Assembly: GCF_018350175.1 (NCBI RefSeq)
Contig: NC_058383.1
Location: forward strand, 22,074,001-22,138,000
From: Felis catus
Lineage: Eukaryota
Direction of reading: 5' to 3'
DNA: 64,000 nt
The position numbers were made by a program, and so were the translations under genes. Position 1 is the first letter of the stretch, and each line of letters begins with the position of its first letter. The notes beneath the pieces were generated by a model, which was given only the letters and a program-made list of their open reading frames with translations, was not told where the DNA came from and did not search any database. Shown in pieces: positions 11,291 through 24,093 of this stretch.

Positions 11291-12987
11291 CACAGGTAAA
11301 TCCCGAAAAGATCCTTGAGCCCAGTTGGGAGCTGGTCATCCCCCATTCCACCTCAGACGAGTCCAGGAAGAGAGATGGACAGAGGAGCATCTCCCAGAGG
11401 GCAGAGAGAAGGGTGGTGGAAAGCACTAAATAAAGGAGTTCTCCCTGCTCACTAGGAAACTTCTTTCATTCTCAGGAAAGGGGAATTTTTGTTATTCCTA
11501 CCCAGTTGGATTAGATGGTGTCTATGGACCTTGACTGCTGCGGGTACCTCGGTCTCTGCTTTCAAAAGGAGTTCTTCTTCCAGGCCAGGACTGCTTATCT
11601 ACAACATTCTTATTACATGACAAAAATAGATTCAATTTATTTCATCCCTTTTCGAGTTTAGCAGATGAACATAAATCCCAATTTATACAGATGACAAGAA
11701 GTGAAATTAGACAAGTAGTCTATTGGTCATGAAGTTTCTAGTCAGTTGACAGAAACCCAGCTCCAAGCATAAAAGACAAACGAAAGCAATCAATCAGTGC
11801 ACGTGACTGCAAAGTAGATATGCCCGTGGGTGGCTGGACCTGGGACCTGCATCTTCCTCTCAGCCCTGTCTCCCTCTAGACAGGTCCATTCTTAGATGGG
11901 CTGTCTTCTCAACTACCAAGAACTCCTGGCTTGCATCCTCCCAACTGAGTAACCCTAGAAGAAAGAGAACATTTCTCCATCAACAGTTATAGTAAAGGTC
12001 TTGGGACAGGTTTCTCAGTGACTCATTTTGTTCATAACCACCCGAGTCAATCATTGTGGCCAGGAAATGAGATTCACTGATTTTCAAGTCTGGGCTATCT
12101 TTTTGTCCCTGAACACACAAGAAGGATGATCAGCCTCAGCTTAATTCATGTAGCCTGAGAGTGGGATAAGGGGCTGACTCTTTAGGGGAAATCAAGGTAG
12201 TGTTTGAAGAAGGATAAGTAGATGATGAGTTGTAAAAGCTGAAAGATGTTCATGGTGCTCTACAGATAAAAAGATGCCAGATCATGCAGGGTCTTTTAGC
12301 CATGTTAGATCATTCAACAGATTATCTCCTAAGATCCACTGGTTTACCAGGTCCTGCTGTAGCTACTGAAGATACAGCAATGAGCAGTACAGATTCTCTG
12401 CCCCTAAGGAACTTCCATTCTAGGTGAGAGAGACAGCCAGTGAACACGTAACCCAACAAAAAAGGCAGGTAGTGAAAAGGCTGCAAAGGATATAGAATCA
12501 AGTAATCTAATGGGATATGACTGGTGTTGGCAGCAGAGGAAGGACCACACTAGGTAGCATGGTTTGGGGCGGGGAGGGGGGGGCGTTCTGAGGAGGTGAC
12601 TAAGTTGAGAAAAGTCAGAGGTAGAGGAGTCAGCCCTAAAAGGATCTAGAGCAAATGCCCACAGGAGAGGGGTTTTCAGATGCAGAATCCCTGAAATGAG
12701 CATGAATGTGGCTCGCTGAAGAAAAGAAAGGATAGTGTGGTGGGAATCTTATGCACAAGACAAAAACTCATAGCAAAGTGAGGTCAGGGAGGTGGGCTGG
12801 GGTCAGATTATGCAGAACAGGGGCCAGGGTAAACTGGTTTTCTTCAACAGTGTAAAGCCACTGCATGATTTCAGACAGGGAGTAAAATTATTTGATCTAT
12901 ACTTTGGAAATTTCACTCTGCCCACTGAGTGGGTAGACTCTACAGGGGCAAGAGTGAAGGTCTGGAGACAAATTAGGAAGCTATTTC

Positions 12988-13014
12988 TTTTCTTTTTTTT
13001 AATTTTTATTTATT

Positions 13015-13069
<55 letters not shown>

Positions 13070-13224
13070 GAGTGGGGGAGGGGCAGAGAGAGAGGGAGAC
13101 ACAGAATCCAAAGCAGGCTCCAGACTCTGTCTGCACAGAGCCTGACGTGGGGCTCAAACTCACAAACCTTGAGATCGTGACCTGAGCCGAAGTCAGACAT
13201 TTGACTGAGCCACCCAGGTGCCCC
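12988..13224 (-). mobile_element. CAN-SINE
   Basis: TSD aggaagctatttc at 12975-12987 and 13225-13237. Long (GA)n tract. Confidence 0.95.
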
Positions 13225-13779
13225 AGGAAGCTATTTCATTAACTCAAGCTAGACATATTGGCATTTCAGACTAGGGTTGGTAAGGATTGTGACTTTTTCC
13301 TGAGGGCAGTGGGGAATTGGGATGTTTTAGCAGGGAATGATGTTTTCAGGGGTTTTTTTGTGTTTTTTTGGGGGGGAGGGTTGTGTGTGTGTGCATGCAT
13401 GCGCATGTGTGTATGTGTGTTACATCGGAGCTTTGGCTGTACTCCATGGAATAGAAATTACAGCAGAGACCAGGACGATAACAAGAAAGTAGCAGTCATT
13501 TGGCCCCAAGCTTCTCCAGGACATTTGCTCTCCTTCCCACCTTCTAGGCTGAGGTATGTGGAAGGAGGGCATTGTCTTTTCCTCAAGACCTCGCTAAGGA
13601 AATCAGACTTGGGGTAGGGGGTAGAGACCCTCAAATGGTATCCTGGACAAACTTAGCCAGAAAAGTTAGGAGAAAGAGCCTTTCTTCTTCTCTCATCCTA
13701 AACTGGTTTTGGGGACAGAAGCTTACCTCTATAGAAGCACCAAACATTGTAACTTGGTTGACATCTGACAGAATTGGTG

Positions 13780-14025
13780 GAGAGTATGGGCTTGGAGTCT
13801 GTTGAAACCTGGATTCAAGTCCTAATTGCATTACTTGCTCTATGACCTTGAGAAAACTACTGAATCCTCTGTGGCCACTCTTTCCTTGTAAATACAATGA
13901 TAGGACCTGTGTCTTTGGTCCATGTGATCTCCTTATTATATAATAAGGATTATATATGACATTATACATAAAGGCTTAATACAGTGCCTGGCATATATGA
14001 AGTGCTCAATAAATGTCAGCTGTAG
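13780..14025 (+). mobile_element. MIR
   Basis: cctggattcaagtcct, tgaccttgagaa and acagtgcctggcatat...gctcaataaatgt motifs. Confidence 0.75.
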
Positions 14026-15510
14026 CTATAAATAAAGCGATGATGCCAAAGAAGCCCGTCCTCTTAACGAGATTAGTTTTAATCTGCCACCTTCAGAATA
14101 ACAAACGGGTGACTATTACATAGTTAATCACTTTCCATGAGAATTCTGTGCTAGGAAAGCAAAATGACCCAAGAGGCACTTAGAGATTCAAAAGGTGTCT
14201 TTATTGAGAGGTAGGATTAACACCTCAATAGATAACTAAGAGGCATAACATCCTTTTGGATACCTTCCTAAAATCAGTGGAACAGGATGTGGTTTAGGAC
14301 TTTTCCTATGGCTTGGAATGTTGGCCAAAGTCCTAAGGCTAAAAACAACAAGCACGAAATAGTCCCACATCTGGAGCCACAGAGCTGCCAAGCAACTCCC
14401 CCAGGGTCTTGAAGAGATGGCCAGATAGGTTCTGCAGCTCTGCCTCTGATAACTCCCATCTAGACTCGACGGACTGAAGAGTAGGACTCAATGAGGTAGG
14501 GGAAATAAGAGGGCCTGGGGGAGAAAGGTGCTTTGGTTCTTTTTGTCCCAACCCCATGGTGGAGGAGGGGATGGTTCTTACCCACCAAACCAGTCAACTC
14601 ATGAGAGAGATTATGGATACGCCAGAGGGGAGGCTGAAACCTCATTCCCTGGCCAGTGCTTGCTGAGCCGTGGATGCTCTAGGCTGGCACCTGAAACTAA
14701 GTGTGGGCTGGAGCAGAGCCCCAGGAGGGAGCACATGAGACAGACTGACAAGTGTCACCCATGAACGCGTGAACATAGAGAGGTGCCTGGTTCCTGCCTG
14801 GGGAATGGCGAAGGCAAGAGGCTGGCTGGAGCAGCTCTCCCATTATAGGGTGAGGAGAGAGGGCACCAGAAAGGCAGTCTGGACTATCAGGGTGTCGTGA
14901 GGCAACGATGCACTGAGTGCCGCACAGGTACTGAAGAAAATCACTGAGCTCAAACTCTCTTCATAGGACCATTCACACAAGAGATCAGCATTCGGGAGAG
15001 CAGCACTTGAGATCAGCAGCTACAAGAGACCTGCTTGTGGCACCGTCTAAGTAAGGCGACTCTTGACTCTTGCCCTCTGCCTACCACTCCTTCCCCATCC
15101 TCAGCCCCAGAGGAGGAGGAGGAGCAGAGAAGGACCTCCTAGCCTCCTCTCCCACTGCGGAGGCCCAGCACTGGCAGCCAGGCTGGACCTGGAGAGAGAG
15201 AAAGGCTTTGGATTGAATGCGAGGTTGGGGTTTTGACTCTGATGGAACTGGACCTAAAAACCCTTTCATTATGCAAAAATTCCAAATATGCATAAAGGCA
15301 GGGAGGAAAGTATAATGAATGAAGGCCCCTGTGCTACGTGCCACACGCTGCAGCAGTTACTGGCATATGGCCCAACTTGTCTCATCTCTATGTCCCATCA
15401 CTGTCCCTCCTCACTGAATTATTTTGAAGAAGGCCCCAGATATCATATTGTTTCTGGGTTGGGCTTTTGACTGCCTACGAATGAGTCCTAATTACAAAAC
15501 TCAGTTTCTT

Positions 15511-15739
15511 TTTTTTTTTTTTTAATTTTTTTTTTAATGTTTATTTATTTTGGAGACAGAGAGAGACAGAGCATGAACGGGGGAGGGTCAGAGAGAGGGG
15601 GAGACACAGAATCCGAAACAGGCTCCAGGCTCTGAGCTAGTCAGCACAGAGCCCGACGCGGGGCTCGAACTCACGGACCGCGAGATCATGACTTGAGCCG
15701 AAGTCAGCCGCTTAACCGACTGAGCCACCCAGGCACCCC
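15511..15739 (-). mobile_element. CAN-SINE (SINEC_Fc-like)
   Basis: TSD aaactcag(t/g)ttctt at 15497-15510 and 15740-15753. Confidence 0.95.
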
Positions 15740-15889
15740 AAACTCAGGTTCTTAACATTGAGAGTGACCAGGAGCCCCTGGGTTCCGTCTGTTGCTTCCT
15801 TTTATGTTCTAGAACATAAAGAACATAAAGTTCCATGGATGCAGAGACTTTTTCCTTTTTACTCACTGCTCTATCCCCATACTTAAAAA

Positions 15890-16093
15890 AATATTTTTTA
15901 ATGTTTATTTTTTAGAGAGAGAGAGACAGAGAGTGTGAGTGGGGGAGGGGCAGAGAGAGAGGAGGACAGAGGATCCGAAGTAGGCTCTGCACTGTCAGCA
16001 CACAGCCTGACGTGGGGCTCAAACTCACGAACTGTGAGATCATGGCCTGAGCTGAAGTCCAGTGCTCAACCAACTGAGCCATCCAGGAGCCCC
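15890..16093 (-). mobile_element. CAN-SINE
   Basis: Typical body and tail on the minus strand. Confidence 0.92.
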
Positions 16094-16771
16094 AAGCCCC
16101 CTGGTTTAGAACCAAACAGAGACATGGAAGTATGGATTCAACTTCTGTCAGTTTGCGCAAACGTATGATCTCATTCATGAAACCAAGTGGGCCCATGGCC
16201 ATTCTTTGGCTAATTTTTCAGTTTTCCCCGCTGTGTTGTATTGCACTCAGATCTTTTGAATCTTCTTTTGGAATCAATTTTTTGGCCATCTATATTTTCC
16301 TATAATATAACCTAGTTCATCAAAATTTTCTAATTTCCTAGTCTGTATGTAGTTATGCATAATATTTTCTCGCATGTTTCATTTATTTTCCTTAGTGGTA
16401 ATTCTGATTCATCTTACTCTTTTTTTTTTTTTCTTGATTTCTCTTGTTCTTAATGGTTCCTTGTCTCCCTTCTTCTTGATCAGATTAATTTAAGATTTCC
16501 CTTTTTTCTTATTGATCCCCAATACCCACCAAAGATCCACTTTTGAATTTTGTCTCATCCATATCATATTGGGTGTAAGTGTTTTAAAGTTTCAAATATA
16601 TGCATGGCAGCCTTCCATAATTGTTGACTGAGAGATAGCTTTACCTCTCTTTAAAAAATAGGTAAATCTGTATATAACTATATATACTGTGCATACATAC
16701 ATATGTGTATACACATACATACATATATGTTTTTATGTATAAACTTATATATATATACATACGTATCTATT

Positions 16772-16910
16772 TTTTTAAACAATTTTTTAAAAGTAGGCTT
16801 AACGCCCAGCGCAGAACCCAATATGGGACTTGAACTATGGCTCTGAGATCAAGACCTGAGCTGAGATCAAGAGTCAGACACTTAACTGACTGAGCTACCC
16901 AAGCATCCCC
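16772..16910 (-). mobile_element. Short older CAN-SINE
   Basis: gagatcaagacctgagctgagatcaagagtcagacacttaactgactgagc. Degenerate TSD atac(gt/ac)atc(t/a)att. Confidence 0.85.
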
Positions 16911-16943
16911 ATACACATCAATTAAACAAAAAAGGGGTGTATT

Positions 16944-17108
16944 GGGGCACCTGGGTGGCTGAGTAGGTTAAGCATCTAACTTTGGCTCAGGTCACAATCT
17001 CACGGTTTGTGGGTTCAAGCCCTAAGTCGGGCTCTGTGCTGACAGTTTAGAGCCTGGAGCCTGCTTCAGATTCTGTGTCTCCCTCTCTCTCTGCCCCTCC
17101 CCTGCTTG

Positions 17109-17146
<38 letters not shown>

Positions 17147-17190
17147 AATAAACATTAAAAAATTAAATAAAATAATAAAATAAAAATAAA
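16944..17190 (+). mobile_element. CAN-SINE
   Basis: GGGGCACCTGGGTGGCT head, (CT)n and A-rich tail. Confidence 0.93.
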
Positions 17191-17921
17191 AAATGGGTAT
17201 CTGGGAGGTAGGAGGGCCAGATAGATATTAGATACGTGATCAAGTGATCAAGTTTCCTTTGTCCCCAGAAGTTTCCTTTGTCCCCAGAAGTCTAGATTGT
17301 TTATTAGTCTCAATTAACTTTTAAAGTACTTTATACTCTTTAATCAATCTGGAATTTACACTGATGTATAGTGTGAGATGAAAATTTAATTTTGCTTTAT
17401 TTATTCCTCCCCCCCAAATATTAATCAACTGTCCCACTGTCATTTATTGAATATTTTTCTTTCTTGCCTTTGTGTGGCTGCTTTTATTATCTAATAAAGT
17501 CAGGTACATGAAAGATTATCTCAGCACCATCTGCTCTATTCCATTGATCTATGTTTCAGTACTTACACACACTATGCTCTTTTCATCTTTGAAACTTTAT
17601 AGTCCATTTTAGTATCTGTATTCAGTGTGTCCCTTAATTATGTTTCACTTTCAAGTCTTTTGGCCATTTACTTACCTGGTTGAATTTTAGAGTTATTTTG
17701 TCAAATTCTCTTCCTCCCCACCAAAGGAAAAGAAGTACAGCAAATAAAAATTAGGAGTATGGGGATATTTGTTAGGATTGCATCAAACCTATGTATTTGT
17801 TTAGGAAGAACTGACATTATGAAATAATTATTCTTTAATTCCATTCATCTGATCTTGTTTCAAATTCCCTGGATGATTTTTCTTCACATATGTTGCTTCT
17901 TGTTCTGTTTATCCTCATTTT

Positions 17922-18143
17922 TTTTTTTAATTTTTTTTTTCAACGTTTATTTATTTTTGGGACAGAGAGAGACAGAGCATGAATGGGGGAGGGGCAGAGA
18001 GAGAGGGAGACACAGAATCGGAAACAGGCTCCAGGCTCCGAGCCATCAGCCCAGAGCCTGATGCGGGGCTCGAACTCATGGACCGCGAGATCGTGACCTG
18101 GCTGAAGTCGGACGCTTAACCGACTGCGCCACCCAGGCGCCCC
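17922..18143 (-). mobile_element. Young SINEC_Fc-type CAN-SINE
   Basis: TSD tgtttatcctcatttt at 17906-17921 and 18144-18159. Same subfamily as the copy at 5487. Confidence 0.96.
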
Positions 18144-18174
18144 TGTTTATCCTCATTTTAAAAGGGAAGAAATT

Positions 18175-18380
18175 GGGGCGCCTGGGTGGTTCAGTCGGTT
18201 GAACATTCGACTTCGGCTCATCTCAGGTCATGATCTCATTGTTCCTGAGTTTGAGCCCTGCTTTGGGCTCCCTGCTGTCAGTGCAGAGTCTGCTTCGGAT
18301 CCACTGTCTCCCTCTGTCTCTGCCCCTCCCTCACTCTCTCTCTCAAAAAAAATTTAAAAATTAAAAAAAAAAAAAGATAC
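18175..18380 (+). mobile_element. CAN-SINE
   Basis: TSD aagggaagaaatt(g) at 18162-18175 and 18381-18394. Inserted in a MIR. Confidence 0.94.
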
Positions 18381-19574
18381 AAGGGAAGAAATTGAGTGTT
18401 GCCTGAGATTACATGGCTAGTACGCAGTAGAGGCTGGATTTGAACCCACATCCATCTGATGGGGGAGCCTGCCCTCTTAATAATCACTATGCTCCTTTAT
18501 TTAAGATTATATTATACTAGGAAAGAATGCTAATGACTGTTTTCCAGAGAAGTATCAATTTCATCAAGATTTTCTAGTGTTCCAACATGAATTGCACATT
18601 GCACTTTTAATAATTTTTTAAATTAATTAATGGAAACTATTGTGGCTACCCTCTCCTTCCCATGCCCCTGGCCCACTCTCTCATCCTGAATTCAGAACCT
18701 TATGATTTGGGCTTTTCCACACGCAGGTTCGTCAATTCCCTGTTGCGTGAGTCAAGAGAATTCTCGCTCAGGATAGAGTGCTCTGGTCAGGCCAAGCAGT
18801 TCAAGTCTCGGATCTCAAGGGTCTGGTGTTCAGTTCAAGTTCAGGGTTACAAGGTCCAACTGTATGCCCTTTGGCCAACACTGAGTAGTTTCCTGGCCTA
18901 CGTGTCGCCCCCTCAGGTGGGTCCATGGAACAGCCAGAAATGCCACTTTTTTAGAAGTTAACCAGATCCTGTCACTACCCAATGAAAAAGCAAAAACTTT
19001 CACATTTCCCATGTTTCTTAGGACAGACCTATGTTCTCTTTACCTTGGTCAACAGGGCCGTGTGAAGTCTGGCCTCACCTCCCTCTTCGTCTTCATCTCG
19101 CACCCTGTTTTCTTTCGTTCACTTCCAGGCTGGTGTCTTTATTTTGCTTCTTGAATGTGCCAGGTCCTTTGCCCAACCCTGGCTCCCCTCTGGGTGTTTC
19201 TGCTGCCCGGGATGCACGTCCCACAAAGGCCACTTCCGGAGGGGATTGAAGGCAGCTCTTTGGCTCCTACCAGCCTCACTGCTCTTCCCAGCAAGGCTCA
19301 CACGCAATGCTGTTATTTATTGACTCGCTTGCTTGTCTGTTTCCTTACCACCCGCCTGCCGCCCTGGAGTCCGCATGCACGAAGTCTTCTCTGTCGTGTC
19401 TCCAGAGTCCGGCACAGTGTGGGGCACATGGTAGGAGCTCAATTCACACACGTTGGACTGGGAATCCATGACAACCTGGTCTTGCAGCATCCTAGCTGTG
19501 CACCTCTGGACAACTTAACTCCGTGAGTACAGTTCTGAACCTGAAAAACTGATAATACCGTGGGGATGTTTTGG

Positions 19575-19578
19575 GAAA

Positions 19579-19668
<90 letters not shown>

Positions 19669-19670
19669 AA

Positions 19671-19714
<44 letters not shown>

Positions 19715-19792
19715 AAAAGAAAGAAAGAGAGAAAGAAAGAAAGAAGAAAGAAGGGAAGGAGAAAGGAAGAAAGAAGAAAGAAACAAGAAGGA

Positions 19793-19838
<46 letters not shown>
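19575..19838. repeat. Compound (GAAA)n polypurine microsatellite, about 260 bp
   Basis: Direct inspection. Confidence 0.98.
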
Positions 19839-19839
<1 letters not shown>

Positions 19840-20129
19840 GTGAAGCCCTTAACTCTCCATGTGGCACACACAAAGCTCTCAAGAAGCACTAGCACAAGTC
19901 ACCACCCCCCCCATCATCATCATCACAATTAATTAATAAAAGCGCAGTGAAAGAAGCAGGCAGAGAGTGGCCCAGATGAGATTTTGTAGGATTGGAATCT
20001 ATTCAGTTTGGAGCAAAATCATACAAGTCAAACAGCTCATTGCTATTTTATTTATTTATTTTTTGCCAGGGCCCAAAGACCGATAATTTTTTACAGGAAG
20101 TAATTCATCCTAACTGTTGCTCACACCAG

Positions 20130-20565
20130 CCATTTATTATTACCTCTCACAGTTCTGGGAACTGACGTGGGACCAGCTGTGTGGTGCTGTTCAGAGTCCT
20201 TCCCTGGTTGCAGTTAGTTGGTGGCTGGGGCTCGATTCATCCCAGGGGCTTCCCCACTCACGTGTCAATGCTGGCCGTGGGCTGGGACCTCAGCAGGATT
20301 CTTCGAGGGAGCCCCCACACGTGGCCTCTGCGTGGCCGGGCTTCCTGACAGCATGGCAGGTGGGGCCCAAGAGCGAGCATCCCAGGACATGAAGCCAGGT
20401 GGACACTCTGTAGCTTTTTCTAACCTAGCCTTGGGAATCACAAGGCATTACTTCTGCCACATTCTATTTGTGAGAAGCAGCCCAAACTCAAAGGGAGGGG
20501 GTTAGTCTCTACCTTTGGGTGGGTGACGAGCCAAAGAATTTGTGGACATGTTTAAGACCACCCAA
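20130..20565 (-). mobile_element. MLT1-family (MaLR) LTR remnant
   Basis: atttattattacctctcacagttctg and cttctgccacattctatt motifs. Confidence 0.65.
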
Positions 20566-20610
20566 CTAGCCATAATGAGAGAAAACTGGGGTATGGATCA
20601 GATGATTCTT

Positions 20611-20815
20611 TTTCTTTTTTAATTTTTATTTTAGAGAGAGAGAGAGAGCGTGTGTACAAGAGCAATGGAGAGGGGTAGCGGGAGAGAGAGAATCTGAAGC
20701 AGGCTCCCCACTTAGTGCAGAGCCTGATGTGGAGCTGGATCCCATGACTCTGGAAGCACGACCTGAGCCAAAATCAAGAGTCGGTCACTCAACCCACTAA
20801 GCCACCCAGGTGCCT
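20611..20815 (-). mobile_element. CAN-SINE (older)
   Basis: TSD tgattcttt. Typical body. Confidence 0.9.
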
Positions 20816-22029
20816 TGATTCTTTAATCATCAGCAGAAATAAATACAGCTGTCAAGTGGCTCCAAACATTCACGTCAGCTCTGTCTCCCGGTAGGCATTA
20901 TGGTTATTATGTTGGAGCGCTAGGTTTGTACCCACCGAGGTTCAAATTCTGGCTCTGCCACCATTAGCCTGGAGACTCTAGGCGAGTTTGCTGGCCTCTC
21001 CAGGAAGCGGATGTGATAACAGCAGAAGCACAACGAGCATCGGCACACGGGAGATTCACTATCTCTACTGTCACAGGCACTCCAACCGGGCAGAGGCACA
21101 CTCCTTCCAAAGGAGGGGACAAGCGTGAGGGTCCCTTTGCCCTCAGCCAGGTCCCTTGGGGACTTGAATTCCACGCTTCTTACCGTTCATGCGGCTCTCA
21201 AGTGAGCCCCTCTAAAGGCTGGGTTCCAGGTGCTGGGGTGGGTGGTCATGGCAACAGCCCCGTCGCAGCCGGCGCGTGGCCAGGGACTCAGATTTGCCAG
21301 TGTGGGCGCAAACACTCTCTCCCCAGAAAAGCTGCTTGAAGGCATAGACTAGGGGAAGGGAAGGTTAAAAATAAAGAGTGGTCATGTTCGGTTTTGAAAT
21401 TAAGGAAAGCCTGGACTCAAAGGCCCTTTGATTCTCTTGCTTTGGGAGAGGCAGGCTGTTGATGGAGGCATCATGGAGCTTCCTTCCCTAGAGCTTTTAT
21501 CCGTGGGAACATGTCGAACCGAACGACTGCACTTCCTGGCTCACAGCTGGGGTCTCCTCTGGAACATTCATGTTTCAGTTGCTTTTCAAGGTTTGTGAAC
21601 TGGCAGCCCTCGTCCTCAATTTGTTTGAGAGATTTTGAATTTTCCAGCTTGGATGTTGTCGCAGTGGGCACTTACTCTCCAGTTGTTCCCTACCCTCCCT
21701 GTTATCTGTGTCCAGACAGCTCGTTTACATCTAATGTTTTCTTGGCTCCAACAGTCATCCAAGTTTGGTTTTGATCCCGCTTCCTTTGGCTTTCGTTTTC
21801 CTGCTCTCCCAATGCCGGTAAAACAGACCTGTATGAAGTGCCCATGGCGTTGCCAGAACTGTGCTCGGTACTAATCAGCTACAACCTCAGTTACTATCCT
21901 GGAAACCCTGCCACGGAGGTGATCTCCACCCCACGGAGAAAGCAGCCAAGAATCAGAGGGGTTCGTCGATTTACCCAAAATGACAAGGTTTATAAAAGTG
22001 ACAAGACTGGTGTTTGAATCTAGGTGGTG

Positions 22030-22580
22030 GCAGTCAGGCGTTTTTAGTTGTAAGTGACAAAGAAATCCACTTCAAATGGGCTTAATTTAAGAAAAAAAAA
22101 ATGTGATTGATTGTCTCTAATAGTGTCTGTCCCGGTCCAGGGGCTCAAACTCGATCTCCCAGTTCTGCTTTCCTCTATCCGGCGTCATTTTCAGACCAGC
22201 CCTATCCTTGTGACAAGACGGCTTCTAGCAATCTCCTAGCCAACAGCCTACCCTCTCACCAACCCTAGTAAAAAAAAAAAAAAAAGAAAAAGAAAAAAAG
22301 AAAAAAAAAGAGCTTTTTGTTCCCTCCAGTAGGCTTTTTTTTTTTTTTTTAAACACCCAGGACACGATGACTCTGGTAAGAATCAAATCCCATAATCATC
22401 TCAGAACTGCTCTTGAGGCCAGAGGTATACAGTGGACTTAGGTCACATCTTCATGCTTGAAGCCTCGGTGGGTTAGCCCCACCTGAACCGAAGTGACGGA
22501 AAATGAGGGATGCACTGTATCGCAAGGAATATTGGTGTGTGCTTTTTTTCCAGAAGGGAAAAATGTCCAGTACCTATGCT
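22030..22580 (-). mobile_element. Old MLT1-like LTR remnant with A/T tracts
   Basis: agttgtaagtgacaaagaaatccacttcaaatgggcttaa terminus. Confidence 0.55.
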
Positions 22581-22724
22581 AGCAAAGACGTTTATGGACT
22601 TTCTCATAGGCCTCGGAGGTATTGAGAACCTTCCACTAAGAGTGAATATGTAAGCACATTAGGGACTAGATGGATCTGTGCCTATAATCTTAGCATCTAG
22701 AAGGTGACTTTATAATATGAGCTT

Positions 22725-23280
22725 ATAGAGGACACCTGTTGTTGGCATCTCCTAGAACCCATTCCCCTCACTCTTTTAAAAATTAAAAGACCATTTTCTT
22801 CTGGAAAACCACCTATCTCCCATGTAATCCAAGGAGACTGCCTCTTATCTCCACACTATTCCAAGGGCAAACATGTGACCCAGGCTTGAAAAATCTGATA
22901 TTTATCTCCCTGGTGAGGATAATTAAATTAGAGATGGATATTTAAACCAAGCCAGAAGAACTCCATCCTAACACTTTCATGGGGACCATTGGAAAAAAAA
23001 GAAATTCTCCTTCCACTCGTATTGCTAAGCTCTGGGGATAGTGACTGGAGCTTCCAGGGGCAACCAAGAAAATGAACTACGGAGAAAATTAGATGAAGGT
23101 AGAGAGGGACAGCTTTCTGATATTGTATGAGTCCCTGGATCCGTTTGTACCTGAAGCCAGACAACCCAAGGCTTATTTGGTTACCGAAACAAAGAGATCA
23201 TGTCTCTCTTTTTTTCTTTTAACGACTCCACTTTGAGGTGGCTTTTGCCACTTGTAAACCCAAAAGCACATACAAGTGCA
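22725..23280 (+). mobile_element. LTR33-like ERVL LTR remnant
   Basis: catgtgacccaggc, gagtccctggatcc...gtacctgaagcca and ccacttgtaaaccc motifs. Confidence 0.55.
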
Positions 23281-23910
23281 ATCCCCAGGCAGGAATTGCC
23301 CTCCAGGAGGGAACAAGGCGGAAGGACACTCTTCACATTTAGCCAGAGGGAAAGGGAGGGCAGATGGCCCTCTTGTTTTAGGCTGCGGGGTGTCTGAGGG
23401 CTGGGGCTCATCCCTAGTGAGGCTCTGTCCTAAACCTTGACCCCTTAGGCACTGCCCGGCTCTGTGGACTTCTCTTTGGAAATTCCCTGGAAGTTATTCC
23501 ATGGCTGATTAGCAATAGTGATACTAATACTGTTTCCATTGATTTCATCTTTTTTAGCAGAAGTTGTTCTGGAAGAAACAAACTCCTGAACATTTAACGT
23601 GGGGCTTAAGCACGCAGGCAGTAGGGTCTGAAAGATCTGCATTCAAGCCCTCACTTGATCACTTACCAGCTGTTTGACCTTATTCAAGTTCCTTGGAACC
23701 TCGAGATTCTGCTTTATCATCCATAAAAATGGGTCGAATGATAACATCCAGCTCCTGCGGTTTGTAGGAGGCTACTGTGGACTTAGCCTTGGTGAGAACC
23801 TAGTGAAAACTCAATAAAAGCTAGTTGTTGTCATCATTATGAAGCAAACTGCATTTCCCCCCAAAATGTTCAGTTTTGTCAGTAGTTCAATTAGAAATCT
23901 CTCCCTTTGA

Positions 23911-24093
23911 GGGGCACCTGGATGGCTCAGTTGGTTAAGCATCTGACTCCTGATTTCAGCTCAGGTCATGATCTCATGGTTCATGGGATTGAGCCCCAAG
24001 TTGGGTTCTGTGCTGCAAGTGTGGACTCTCTCTTCCTCTCTCTCTGCTCCTCCCCCCCTCTCAAAATAAATACATAAACACTGAAAAAAAGAG
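23911..24093 (+). mobile_element. CAN-SINE (internally deleted)
   Basis: Perfect 17-bp TSD agaaatctctccctttg at 23893-23909 and 24094-24110. Confidence 0.94.

Noticed and set aside
19439..19895. ERKK-repeat and FLSF-repeat ORFs of 90-147 aa
   Set aside because: Translations of the (GAAA)n microsatellite.
21294..21312. Possible CTCF site ttgccagtgtgggcgca
   Set aside because: Too many core mismatches on alignment.
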